From IMG/VR virus record IMGVR_UViG_2660238269_000012: a stretch of 24,544 nucleotides of DNA, one strand, 5' to 3'. Position 1 is the stretch's first letter, and the number at the start of each line of letters is the position of its first letter. Source of the stretch: a virus. Its lineage: Duplodnaviria; Heunggongvirae; Uroviricota; Caudoviricetes. Below are positions 8,944 through 18,339 of this stretch, piece by piece. A program made the translations under genes and the position numbers. Under the pieces are notes generated by a model. It saw only the letters and a program-made list of their open reading frames with translations. It ran no database searches and had not been told where the DNA came from.

Positions 8944-9993
8944 GTGCGGGTATTACTTAGACCTGTTCTGGTGCCTGAGCTTGGGCTGGTGGTCCTTAAG
9001 CCGGGCCGTGAATCCATACAGATATTTCATAATCCTCGAGTGCTGGTGGAACCGGAACCAAAAAGCATGCGTAATCTGCCATCCGGAGTCGTTCCTGCCG
9101 TTCGCCAGCCGCTGGCGGAAGACAAAACATTGCTGCCGTTTTTTAGTAACGAACGGGTGATTCGTGCTGCTGGCGGCGTTGGCGCATTGTCCGACTGGCT
9201 ATTACGTCATGTTACATCCTGCCAGTGGCCTAATGGCGATTACCATCACACTGAAACAGTCATTCACCGTTATGGTACCGGCGCAATGGTGTTGTGCTGG
9301 CACTGCGACAACCAACTGCGTGACCAGACATCGGAATCACTGGAGCTGCTTGCTCAACAAAATCTGACAGCATGGGTGATTGACGTCATCCGTCACGCAA
9401 TAAGCGGTACGCAGGAGCGGGAATTATCTTTGGCTGAATTATCCTGGTGGGCGGTCTGCAATCAGGTGGTGGATGCACTACCTGAGGCTGTATCGCGTCG
9501 TTCGCTGGGATTACCAGCGGAAAAAATCTGCTCGGTGTACCGCGAAAGCGACATCGTACCGGGAGAGCAGACCGCCACCAGCATATTGAAACAACGCACA
9601 AAAAATCTTGCACCGTTGCCTTACGCCCACCAGCAACAAAAATCACCACAGGAAAAGACGGTGGTAAGCATCACCGTTGATCCAGAGTCTCCGGAATCTT
9701 TCATGAAGCTGCCTAAACGTCGCCGCTGGGTTAAGGAGAAATACACACGTTGGGTTAAGACACAGCCGTGTGCTTGCTGCGGTATGCCAGCCGACGATCC
9801 GCATCATCTGATTGGTCACGGGCAGGGCGGAATGGGAACAAAAGCACATGATCTCTTTGTGTTGCCTTTGTGCAGAAAGCATCACAACGAGCTGCATACG
9901 GATACAGTGGCATTTGAAGATAAGTATGGCTCCCAACTGGAGCTGATATTTCGTTTTATCGATCGCGCGCTGGCAATTGGCGTACTGGCGTAA
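8944..9993 (+). CDS. ydfU: DUF968-family phage protein YdfU-like with C-terminal Cys/His (HNH-like) motif
   Basis: GTG start at 8944 preceded by GGAGG gives a 349-aa product. C-terminus has CACCGMPADDPHHLIGHGQGGMGTKAHDLFVLPLCRKHHNELH. Lies in the nin-region position upstream of Q. Confidence 0.8.
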   Translation: MRVLLRPVLVPELGLVVLKPGRESIQIFHNPRVLVEPEPKSMRNLPSGVVPAVRQPLAEDKTLLPFFSNERVIRAAGGVGALSDWLLRHVTSCQWPNGDYHHTETVIHRYGTGAMVLCWHCDNQLRDQTSESLELLAQQNLTAWVIDVIRHAISGTQERELSLAELSWWAVCNQVVDALPEAVSRRSLGLPAEKICSVYRESDIVPGEQTATSILKQRTKNLAPLPYAHQQQKSPQEKTVVSITVDPESPESFMKLPKRRRWVKEKYTRWVKTQPCACCGMPADDPHHLIGHGQGGMGTKAHDLFVLPLCRKHHNELHTDTVAFEDKYGSQLELIFRFIDRALAIGVLA

Positions 9994-10006
9994 GTGGAGA
10001 ACGAGC

Positions 10007-10759
10007 ATGAACCTTGAAGCCTTACCAAAATATTACTCCCCAAAATCTCCAAAATTGAGCGATGACGCTCCAGCGACAGGCACCGGTTGTTTAACAATTA
10101 CGGATGTAATGGCAGCGCAGGGGATGGTGCAGTCGAAAGCACCACTTGGGTTGGCCTTATTTCTGGCAAAAGTTGGTGTTCAGGACCCTCAGTTTGCGAT
10201 TGAAGGCCTGCTAAATTACGCGATGGCACTGGATAACCCGACATTGAACAAATTGAGTGAAGAAATCCGGTTACAGATTATTCCTTACCTCGTGAGTTTT
10301 GCCTTTGCTGATTACTCCAGGTCTGCGGCAAGTAAGGCTCGCTGTGAGCATTGTTCAGGTACGGGATTTTATAATGTATTGCGCGAAGTGGTGAAACACT
10401 ACAGACGCGGGGAATCTGTAATCAAGGAAGAATGGGTGAAGGAACTATGTCAGCATTGCCATGGTAAGGGCGAAGCCAGCACAGCGTGCAGAGGGTGTAA
10501 GGGTAAAGGGATTGTTCTGGATGAAAAAAGAACCCGGTTTCATGGCGTACCGGTATATAAGATTTGTGGGCGTTGTAATGGAAACCGGTTTAGTCGTTTA
10601 CCGACCACGCTGGCACGACGTCATGTCCAGAAGCTGGTACCAGACCTGACCGATTATCAGTGGTATAAGGGGTATGCGGACGTCATTGGTAAACTGGTAA
10701 CAAAGTGCTGGCAGGAAGAAGCATACGCGGAAGCGCAATTGAGGAAGGTGACGAGATAA
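10007..10759 (+). CDS. quuQ: Q-family late-gene antiterminator
   Basis: Start at MNLEALPKYYSPKSPKLSDDAPATG... (250 aa) with SD GGAG; Cys-rich zinc-binding region (CEHCSGTG, CQHCHGKG, CRGCKGKG, CGRCNG). Position upstream of the lysis genes. Confidence 0.9.
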   Translation: MNLEALPKYYSPKSPKLSDDAPATGTGCLTITDVMAAQGMVQSKAPLGLALFLAKVGVQDPQFAIEGLLNYAMALDNPTLNKLSEEIRLQIIPYLVSFAFADYSRSAASKARCEHCSGTGFYNVLREVVKHYRRGESVIKEEWVKELCQHCHGKGEASTACRGCKGKGIVLDEKRTRFHGVPVYKICGRCNGNRFSRLPTTLARRHVQKLVPDLTDYQWYKGYADVIGKLVTKCWQEEAYAEAQLRKVTR

Positions 10760-10790
10760 ATGATTTTTGCTGAAGATGGCGACATGATGT

Positions 10791-10819
10791 TTGCATTTTT
10801 CAAAAAATATGGATAAAAT
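10791..10819 (+). promoter_or_regulatory. putative late promoter (PR'-like) downstream of Q
   Basis: TTGCAT, 17-bp spacer, TAAAAT, beginning about 30 bp after the quuQ stop. Confidence 0.55.
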
Positions 10820-10864
10820 TTTTTCAACGATGGGCTTTGTATACCCGACGTTAAGAAAAAGTAG

Positions 10865-10888
10865 AAAACCCGCTGATGAGCGGGTTTT
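10865..10888 (+). terminator. rho-independent terminator (tR'-like) about 50 nt downstream of the putative late promoter
   Basis: aaaacccgct-gatg-agcgggtttt: perfect 10-bp stem, 4-nt loop, then a short U-tract gtgcttt. Confidence 0.65.
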
Positions 10889-11180
10889 GTGCTTTAAATG
10901 GGGCAATGGTAATGTTGAATCTCATCCCGGGACTCATGTCTGTTAACTTATTATTTAGCTGGTGACTTGGTTATTTGCCTGATGTTTAAAATGTTTTCTT
11001 CCAGTACAATGTCCCTAAACACAATGAGTCTGCTTATTATATTATTAGCAGAGCTATTACGGCCAAAGTACAGCATAAGCTTTTAAAGCCAATCAACCAG
11101 TCATCAAGACAGACGGGGTTATTCATAAAAACTCTCCATGTGTGATCCGATGGGGCCTGAAATTAAAGCTTTAATATAGC

Positions 11181-11393
11181 TCATGAAAGGTAAACATTGG
11201 CAGCTGAAGGGCCACGCAGACCATTTATCCGGCAAAATTCCACGCGTAATCCGGTGGTAATTTCTTCTGCATCGCGGAGATTGAGCGCTGAAACATGAAG
11301 CTGGACATCGATACGACCATCGGATGGGGTGATAAGACCCTTGCCGCTTTTGCCGTCAAAGGTTTTGACAATTCCTGTCATTTTACGGGACAA
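11181..11393 (-). CDS. cspF: cold-shock protein family CspF
   Basis: 70-aa [39 protein letters not shown]...; CspA-family fold, recognised as CspF. Confidence 0.9.
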
Positions 11394-11664
11394 AAAAATT
11401 CCTTAATACTGATAACTTGGCGCACTATACACACGTTCCTGAAGAAAGCTATAGTTTTTTGATGGGGTTGAAGATGGCTGGATGTCTAAAATAAACATTG
11501 CTTCATATGTTCAACTATGCGTTAATGATTGCGTCGGTTTGAAGAACAGACGATATACGAAGTAGTTTACTAAAGCAGTTCTCATTTCAGGTGTTATTCA
11601 CTTATTCCTTCTTTGAGTCTCTCCAATTAAGTACGAAGTCGTTTCTGTTATGCAAACCATTTAT

Positions 11665-11677
11665 GCCGAAAGGCTCA
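11665..11677 (+). promoter_or_regulatory. CspA-family 5'-UTR upstream box upstream of the cspB SD
   Basis: gccgaaaggctca matches the conserved upstream box GCCGAAAGGCACA found in cold-shock csp 5' UTRs, just upstream of the cspB start. Confidence 0.55.
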
Positions 11678-11693
11678 AGTTAAGGAATGTAGA

Positions 11694-11909
11694 ATGTCAA
11701 ATAAAATGACTGGTTTAGTAAAATGGTTTAACGCTGATAAAGGTTTCGGCTTTATTTCTCCTGTTGATGGTAGTAAAGATGTGTTTGTGCATTTTTCTGC
11801 GATTCAGAATGATAATTATCGAACCTTATTTGAAGGTCAAAAGGTTACCTTCTCTATAGAGAGTGGTGCTAAAGGTCCTGCAGCAGCAAATGTCATCATT
11901 ACTGATTAA
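11694..11909 (+). CDS. cspB: cold-shock protein CspB
   Basis: 71-aa [71 protein letters not shown]. Confidence 0.95.
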   Translation: MSNKMTGLVKWFNADKGFGFISPVDGSKDVFVHFSAIQNDNYRTLFEGQKVTFSIESGAKGPAAANVIITD

Positions 11910-12189
11910 AATTCATCGCTCGTCTGTATACGATAACGAAGAAGGCTGATGCCTGAGTAGAGATACGGACAGAGTAGTGAATATTGGATCTCTTTAATAA
12001 AAAGTAAGGAGGTCCAATACATGAAACAATGGCTAGCATATTTGGCAAAATCTTAATCAGGAAAAGTATGCTAACCATTGTGGTGAAGTGCAGGTTTGCT
12101 GCATGAATAGTTTTACAGCAGAAGCTAACTGCTGGCATGGCAAAACAAAGTGCGTAAGTGGATGACTCCCACAAAAAGCACCACAATCT

Positions 12190-12215
12190 CAAACCCGCTC
12201 AGGCGGGTTTTTTAT
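12190..12215 (+). terminator. rho-independent terminator
   Basis: aaacccgc-tcag-gcgggttt stem-loop followed by ttttattat; the U-tract is on the plus strand only. Confidence 0.6.
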
Positions 12216-12272
12216 TATCTGCTTTAAATATATTATTAAAATATAAAAAATACTTGTTACTAATAAAATCAA

Positions 12273-12443
12273 TCAGGCTACAGCTTTAAGATTTGTCTGG
12301 AATACTTTGTTGCAATGAGGGCAGATCAAAAGGGCACCTTTTTGTACTCTTGAAAAACTGTGTTCTGACTCTTGGGTGCAGTTTGGGCAGGAACATTTAA
12401 CGAGATAATTACGGCGTGATTTTGAGTTTTTACGTTCTGACAT
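12273..12443 (-). CDS. small zinc-ribbon protein (hypothetical)
   Basis: ORF 12273..12494; the internal Met at 12443 has SD AGGAAA and gives 56 aa MSERKNSKSRRNYLVKCSCPNCTQ...ICPHCNKVF with two CxxC pairs. Confidence 0.5.
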   Translation of the reverse strand: MSERKNSKSRRNYLVKCSCPNCTQESEHSFSRVQKGALLICPHCNKVFQTNLKAVA

Positions 12444-12662
12444 AGGCTTTTCCTGTATAAATGGCCGTATACAGTACACTAAATATGAAAACATTTCTCG
12501 TATTATTATTTTATATATGACTTTCTTTCAAAATAATTACCCACATTTTTAATGTGTATGTTTTTTTAGCGCCGTTGAGAACAACGTGTGCTGTCAAAAC
12601 TACCCCGTAGACTCCGATCTTTTCAAACATATTGCACCATCCGTGTACATCGGGGTGAGGAT

Positions 12663-12878
12663 ATGAAATCAATGGATAAGTTAACAACAGGTGTTGCCTA
12701 TGGCACATCGGCGGGTAATGCTGGTTTCTGGGCATTGCAGTTACTCGATAAAGTAACTCCGTCACAGTGGGCTGCAATCGGTGTGCTGGGTAGCCTGGTT
12801 TTTGGCCTGCTGACGTATCTGACAAATCTTTATTTCAAGATTAAAGAAGACAGGCGTAAGGCTGCGAGAGGAGAGTAA
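12663..12878 (+). CDS. essQ: phage-21-type pinholin (S21-like) with dual-start motif
   Basis: [71 protein letters not shown] (71 aa); resembles phage 21 S pinholin including the antiholin/holin dual start (MKSM / MDK). SD GGTGAGG. Confidence 0.85.
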   Translation: MKSMDKLTTGVAYGTSAGNAGFWALQLLDKVTPSQWAAIGVLGSLVFGLLTYLTNLYFKIKEDRRKAARGE

Positions 12879-12882
12879 TCCA

Positions 12883-13190
12883 ATGACTCAAGACTATGAA
12901 CTGGTTGTGAAAGGAGTCCGTAATTTTGAGAATAAAGTTACGGTAACTGTAGCCTTACAGGACAAAGAACGCTTTGACGGTGAAATTTTTGACCTGGATG
13001 TCGCCATGGAGCGTGTTGAAGGAGCTGCGCTGGAGTTTTATGAGGCAGCAGCCAGAAGGAGCGTCCGGCAAGTCTTCCTGGAAGTAGCAGAAAAATTGTC
13101 AGAAAAAGTTGAGTCTTATCTGCAGCATCAGTACTCCTTTAAGATTGAAAATCCTGCCAATAAGCACGAGCGTCCTCATCATAAATATCT

Positions 13191-13194
<4 letters not shown>
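12883..13194 (+). CDS. ydfR: YdfR-like protein (DUF1327)
   Basis: 103-aa MTQDYELVVKGVRNFENKVTVTVALQDKERFDGEIFDLDVAMERVEG...; between holin and endolysin as in Qin. Confidence 0.8.
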
Positions 13195-14218
<1,024 letters not shown>

Positions 14219-14580
14219 GGTAATATTAAATCGGAACATTTACATCGCGGAATGTAAAATTTAAATAAAAAGGACTCTTCCATGAGCCAAAATTCCTGAA
14301 ATCTTAAGGGTAAGATAAAAGGTCTTAATCAGAATGACACGTTTTATTAATAAATAAAGCTATTCTTTCATTGCTGTGTTTTTCTTTACAAAAGTAATCC
14401 TTGCTATGGGTGGTTAATCATGCGTTAATGGTGTTCTGGTTTGTTACAAATTTATCTGAAGCAGTCATTGTTATAATTTTATTATTTGTACCTCTTGAGA
14501 TTTCCTTGTTGGTTTTTCTCTCTGATATTTTTTTTCGGACCATTCTGCCCAAGGGCTAATTTCTTCAAAAGGTAATAATT

Positions 14581-14793
14581 ATGTCTAACAAAATGACTGG
14601 TTTAGTGAAATGGTTTAACCCTGAAAAAGGTTTTGGTTTCATCACGCCGAAAGATGGCAGCAAAGATGTGTTTGTCCATTTCTCAGCAATTCAGAGCAAC
14701 GATTTCAAAACATTAACTGAGAATCAGGAAGTTGAATTTGGTATTGAGAACGGACCTAAAGGTCCTGCCGCTGTTCATGTAGTGGCGCTTTGA
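14581..14793 (+). CDS. cspI: cold-shock protein CspI
   Basis: 70-aa [70 protein letters not shown]. Confidence 0.95.
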   Translation: MSNKMTGLVKWFNPEKGFGFITPKDGSKDVFVHFSAIQSNDFKTLTENQEVEFGIENGPKGPAAVHVVAL

Positions 14794-14881
14794 GGTAGAC
14801 AATATTACAAACCATATTCACTTTAGATGCCCGTGTTGTCATGGTTCCCAGTATAGAACATCATCTTTTGATGTTTCTGAC

Positions 14882-14992
14882 ATGAATCCTTTCGGGGCAA
14901 AATGTATCTTTTGTAAATCAATGATGATTACATTTGATAATATTTCACAATACTTAAATGCCAGCCGTCTGTCGTTGGATTTAAAAAAGTGA
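14882..14992 (+). CDS. ynfN: YnfN-like small protein (possibly longer or frameshifted; Cys-rich)
   Basis: First ATG at 14882 gives MNPFGAKCIFCKSMMITFDNISQYLNASRLSLDLKK. The same frame is open upstream to 14783 and encodes RCPCCHGSQY with no ATG/GTG/TTG; an out-of-frame ATG at 14841 is present. Confidence 0.45.
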   Translation: MNPFGAKCIFCKSMMITFDNISQYLNASRLSLDLKK

Positions 14993-14996
14993 AAAT

Positions 14997-15022
14997 GAAG
15001 GCTCCTTCGGGAGCTTTTTTGC
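14997..15022 (+). terminator. rho-independent terminator after ynfN
   Basis: aaggctcc-ttcg-ggagcttt hairpin (UUCG tetraloop) followed by ttttttg. Confidence 0.7.
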
Positions 15023-15064
15023 TTGGTGTCTATTCGATGGATACTCACATACTACGGTAACATC

Positions 15065-15295
15065 ATGAAAAAAATCATAGTTTTTTTTAACTCTGAACCA
15101 GCAGTGGTAGTGCCAGCGATGACTGGAGTTAACACCATCATGCGTGAATATCCAAATGGCGAAAAAACACACCTTACTGTAATGGCCGCAGGGTTTCCAT
15201 CTCTGACCGGAGATCATAAAGTCATTTATGTAGCCGCGGATCGACATGTTACTTCAGAAGAAATTCTGGAAGCAGCAATAAGGCTCTTGAGTTGA
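15065..15295 (+). CDS. hypothetical protein
   Basis: 76-aa ORF from the internal ATG at 15065 (MKKIIVFFNSEPAVVVPAMTGV...); weak SD; not recognised. Confidence 0.4.
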   Translation: MKKIIVFFNSEPAVVVPAMTGVNTIMREYPNGEKTHLTVMAAGFPSLTGDHKVIYVAADRHVTSEEILEAAIRLLS

Positions 15296-15463
15296 TTTGA
15301 TGCTATTGCATTGATAATTCAGGAAAATTCTCTTTGTCTGTTTGTGTAAAATTTAGACTATCGTATGTTGATTATTGCGATGTTTCATCTTATCTTTTAC
15401 ACGTTTGCACCATATAATCGACTTACTGTGTAACTGGAAAGTCATAACAGACTAAAAGAGGAA

Positions 15464-15640
15464 ATGATGAATATTGAAAACTTAAAAACAAAAGCAGAAG
15501 CAGATATTTCTGAATATATAACAAAAAAAATTATTGAACTTAAGAAAAAGACCGGGAAAGAAGTTACCAGTATTCAGTTTACCGCACGGGAAAAAATGAC
15601 GGGTCTTGAAAGCTATGATGTCAAGATTAATTTAATCTGA
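15464..15640 (+). CDS. gnsB: GnsB-like small protein
   Basis: MMNIENLKTKAEADISEYITKKIIELKKKTGKEVTSIQFTAREKMTGLESYDVKINLI, 58 aa, found by direct translation (below the track length cutoff); SD AGAGGAAA. Confidence 0.8.
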   Translation: MMNIENLKTKAEADISEYITKKIIELKKKTGKEVTSIQFTAREKMTGLESYDVKINLI

Positions 15641-15666
15641 TGTATTCAATAATAAAATTTATCCAT

Positions 15667-15692
15667 AAACCTCGTTTTTACGGGGTTTTGTT
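15667..15692 (+). terminator. putative rho-independent terminator between gnsB and ydfO
   Basis: cctcg-ttttta-cgggg hairpin followed by ttttgttatattt; short stem, moderate support. Confidence 0.4.
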
Positions 15693-15791
15693 ATATTTGA
15701 ATGGTTCCGAATATCTAAATCACAATTGTTGATGGTTTTTATTAAACCAATGCAGTCCGGCTCAGGAGTGAGAGAAGCCGGACGTTATGGT

Positions 15792-16202
15792 TTAGCGTGG
15801 TAAGATCTGTGTAGTTTTCTGGATGCTTTCAGTAAATAGTAATGAATTATCAAAGGTATAGTAATATCTTTTTTGTTCGTGGATATTTGTAACCCACCGA
15901 AAAACTCCTGCTTTAGCAAGGTTTCTTCTGTATTCCTGAAATGTGATCTCTCTGGATTTCAGCTTATTAGAGGTCGTTTCTATAAGATGCCTATCCTTTG
16001 AAAATTTGACAGACACAATGTTTTTTAGGCCCTTTAATAACACTGTATTATCATTTTTTAATACAATATGAACATTCTCTGTGGCTAAATAGTAAATGTA
16101 ATGTGAGACATTGTGACGTTTTAGCTCAGAATAAAACCATTGATAGTTTAAATCGTTTCGAACTTTATCAAATATTTGTTTAAAAATGACTACCTGATCC
16201 AT
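15792..16202 (-). CDS. ydfO: YdfO-like protein (DUF1398)
   Basis: Start at the second Met ([31 protein letters not shown]...) preceded by SD GGAAGG gives 136 aa. Confidence 0.8.
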
Positions 16203-16259
16203 AGATAAACCTTCCATGTGATATGAGGGGGCGTAGTCTGCACGATTATCTAAATTGCT

Positions 16260-16493
16260 TCAATCTGGTCTGACCTGTTTTCTGAGCAATTCAGTAATGT
16301 CACTCTTTTCTTTGTTTGCTTCAGAAGAAACTCTTTTTTCTGAGCACAGTCTCCGGCGGCAGGCTTCAATGACCCAGGCTGAGAAATTCCCGGACCCTTT
16401 TTGCTCAAGAGCGATGTTAATTTGTTCAATCATTTGGTTAGGAAAGCGGATGTTGCGGGTTGTTGTTCTGCGGGTTCTGTTCTTCGTTGACAT
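16260..16493 (-). CDS. ynfO: YnfO-like small basic protein, possible ribbon-helix-helix DNA binder
   Basis: 77-aa MSTKNRTRRTTTRNIRFPNQMIEQINIALEQKGSGNFSAWVIEACRRRL...; a basic N-terminus then strand-helix pattern is compatible with an RHH fold (inference). Confidence 0.7.
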   Translation of the reverse strand: MSTKNRTRRTTTRNIRFPNQMIEQINIALEQKGSGNFSAWVIEACRRRLCSEKRVSSEANKEKSDITELLRKQVRPD

Positions 16494-16539
16494 GAGGTTG
16501 CCCCGTATTCAGTGTCGCTGATTTGTATTGTCTGAAGTT

Positions 16540-16870
16540 GTTTTTACGTTAAGTTGATGCAGATCAATTAATACGATACCTGCGTCATAATTGATTATTT
16601 GACGTGGTTTGATGGCCTCCACGCACGTTGTGATATGTAGATGATAATCATTATCACTTTACGGGTCCTTTCCGGTGATCCGACAGGTTACGGGCGGCGA
16701 CCTCGCGGGTTTTCGCTATTTATGAAAATTTTCCGGTTTAAGGTGTTTCCGTTCTTCTTCGTCGTAACTTAATGTTTTTATTTAAAATACCCCCTGAAAA
16801 GAAAGGAAACGACAGGTGCTGAAAGCGGGCTTTTTGGCCTTTGTCGTTTCCTTTCTCTGTTTTTGTCCGT
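16540..16870 (+). promoter_or_regulatory. lambda-type cos site (cosQ-cosN-cosB) upstream of Nu1
   Basis: Near-identical to the lambda right-end/left-end junction as I recall it: ...gatccgacaggttacg then ggcggcgacctcgcgggttttcgctatttatgaaaattttccggtttaagg...; cohesive-end sequence at about 16692..16703. Confidence 0.85.
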
Positions 16871-16880
16871 GGAATGAACA

Positions 16881-17426
16881 ATGGAAGTCAACAAAAAGCA
16901 GCTGGCTGACATTTTCGGTGCGAGTATCCGTACCATTCAGAACTGGCAGGAACAGGGAATGCCCGTTCTGCGAGGCGGTGGCAAGGGTAATGAGGTGCTT
17001 TATGATTCTGCCGCCGTCATAAAATGGTATGCCGAAAGGGATGCTGAAATTGAGAACGAAAAGCTGCGCCGGGAAGTTGAAGAACTGCGGCAGGCCAGCG
17101 AGACAGATCTCCAGCCAGGGACTATTGAGTACGAACGCCATCGACTTACGCGTGCGCAGGCCGACGCACAGGAGCTGAAAAATGCCAGAGACTCCGCTGA
17201 AGTGGTGGAAACCGCATTCTGTACTTTCGTGCTGTCGCGGATCGCAGGTGAAATTGCCAGTATTCTCGACGGGATCCCCCTGTCGGTGCAGCGGCGTTTT
17301 CCGGAACTGGAAAACCGACATGTTGATTTCCTGAAACGGGATATCATCAAAGCCATGAACAAAGCAGCCGCGCTGGATGAACTGATACCGGGGTTGCTGA
17401 GTGAATATATCGAACAGTCAGGTTAA
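16881..17426 (+). CDS. nohQ: terminase small subunit Nu1
   Basis: 181-aa MEVNKKQLADIFGASIRTIQNWQEQGMPVLRGGGKGNEVLYDSAAVIKWYAERDAEIENEKLRREVEELRQ..., essentially lambda Nu1. Confidence 0.95.
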   Translation: MEVNKKQLADIFGASIRTIQNWQEQGMPVLRGGGKGNEVLYDSAAVIKWYAERDAEIENEKLRREVEELRQASETDLQPGTIEYERHRLTRAQADAQELKNARDSAEVVETAFCTFVLSRIAGEIASILDGIPLSVQRRFPELENRHVDFLKRDIIKAMNKAAALDELIPGLLSEYIEQSG

Positions 17427-17667
17427 CAGGCTGCGGCATTTTGTCCGCGCCGGGCTTCGCTCACTGTTCAGGCCGGAGCCACAGACCGCCGTTGAATGGG
17501 CGGATGCCAATTACTATCTCCCGAAAGAATCCGCATACCAGGAAGGGCGCTGGGAAACACTGCCCTTTCAGCGGGCCATCATGAATGCGATGGGCAGCGA
17601 CTACATCCGCGAGGTGAATGTGGTGAAGTCTGCCCGTGCTGGTTATCCGGCAGGAAACACTGAATGA
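17401..17667 (+). pseudogene. terminase large subunit gpA, N-terminal fragment of about 80 codons, truncated by deletion
   Basis: MNISNSQVNRLRHFVRAGLRSLFRPEPQTAVEWADANYYLPKESAYQEGRWETLPFQRAIMNAMGSDYIREVNVVKSAR matches the lambda gpA N-terminus, then diverges (AGYPAGNTE, stop) where the sequence switches to the start of gene L. Confidence 0.85.
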
Positions 17668-18334
17668 ATGCACCCGTGCGGAGCAGTCGGCCAGCGTGGT
17701 GCTCTGGGAAATCGACCTGACAGAGGTTGGTGGAGAACGTTATTTTTTCTGTAATGAGCAGAACGAAAAAGGTGAGCCGGTCACCTGGCAGGGGCGACAG
17801 TATCAGCCGTATCCCATTCAGGGGAGTGGTTTTGAACTGAATGGCAAAGGCACCAGTACGCGCCCCACGCTGACGGTTTCTAACCTGTACGGTATGGTCA
17901 CCGGGATGGCGGAAGATCTGCAGAGTCTGGTCGGCGGAACGGTGGTCCGGCGTAAGGTTTACGCCCGTTTTCTGGATGCGGTGAACTTCGTCAACGGAAA
18001 CAGTGACGCCGATCCGGAGCAGGAGGTGATCAGCCGCTGGCGCATCGAGCAGTGCAGCGAACTGAGCGCGGTCAGTGCCTCCTTTGTGCTCTCCACACCG
18101 ACGGAAACGGATGGTGCCGTTTTTCCGGGGCGCATCATGCTGGCTAATACCTGCACCTGGACCTATCGCGGTGATGAGTGCGGTTATCACGGTCCGGCTG
18201 TCGCGGATGAATATGACCAGCCGACGTCCGATATCACGAAGGATAAATGCAGCAAATGCCTGAGCGGCTGTAAGTTTCGCAATAACGTCGGCAACTTTGG
18301 CGGCTTCCTTTCCATTAACAAACTTTCGCAGTAA
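17636..18334 (+). CDS. tail tip protein gpL homolog (native ATG replaced; GTG at junction)
   Basis: 232-aa product (M)LVIRQETLNECTRAEQSASVVLWEIDLTEVGGERYFFCNEQ..., near-identical to lambda L from residue 4. The first codons derive from the A/L deletion junction. Confidence 0.85.
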   Translation: MLVIRQETLNECTRAEQSASVVLWEIDLTEVGGERYFFCNEQNEKGEPVTWQGRQYQPYPIQGSGFELNGKGTSTRPTLTVSNLYGMVTGMAEDLQSLVGGTVVRRKVYARFLDAVNFVNGNSDADPEQEVISRWRIEQCSELSAVSASFVLSTPTETDGAVFPGRIMLANTCTWTYRGDECGYHGPAVADEYDQPTSDITKDKCSKCLSGCKFRNNVGNFGGFLSINKLSQ

Positions 18335-18339
18335 ATCCC

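Noticed and set aside
8604-9017. 137-aa ORF on the minus strand
   Set aside because: Overlaps the start of ydfU and the 92-aa plus-strand ORF, which form a coherent coupled pair with good SDs; Pro/Arg-rich composition.
17579-18190. 203-aa ORF on the minus strand
   Set aside because: Antisense to the gpL homolog and the gpA fragment; Arg/Gly/His-rich composition typical of a shadow ORF.
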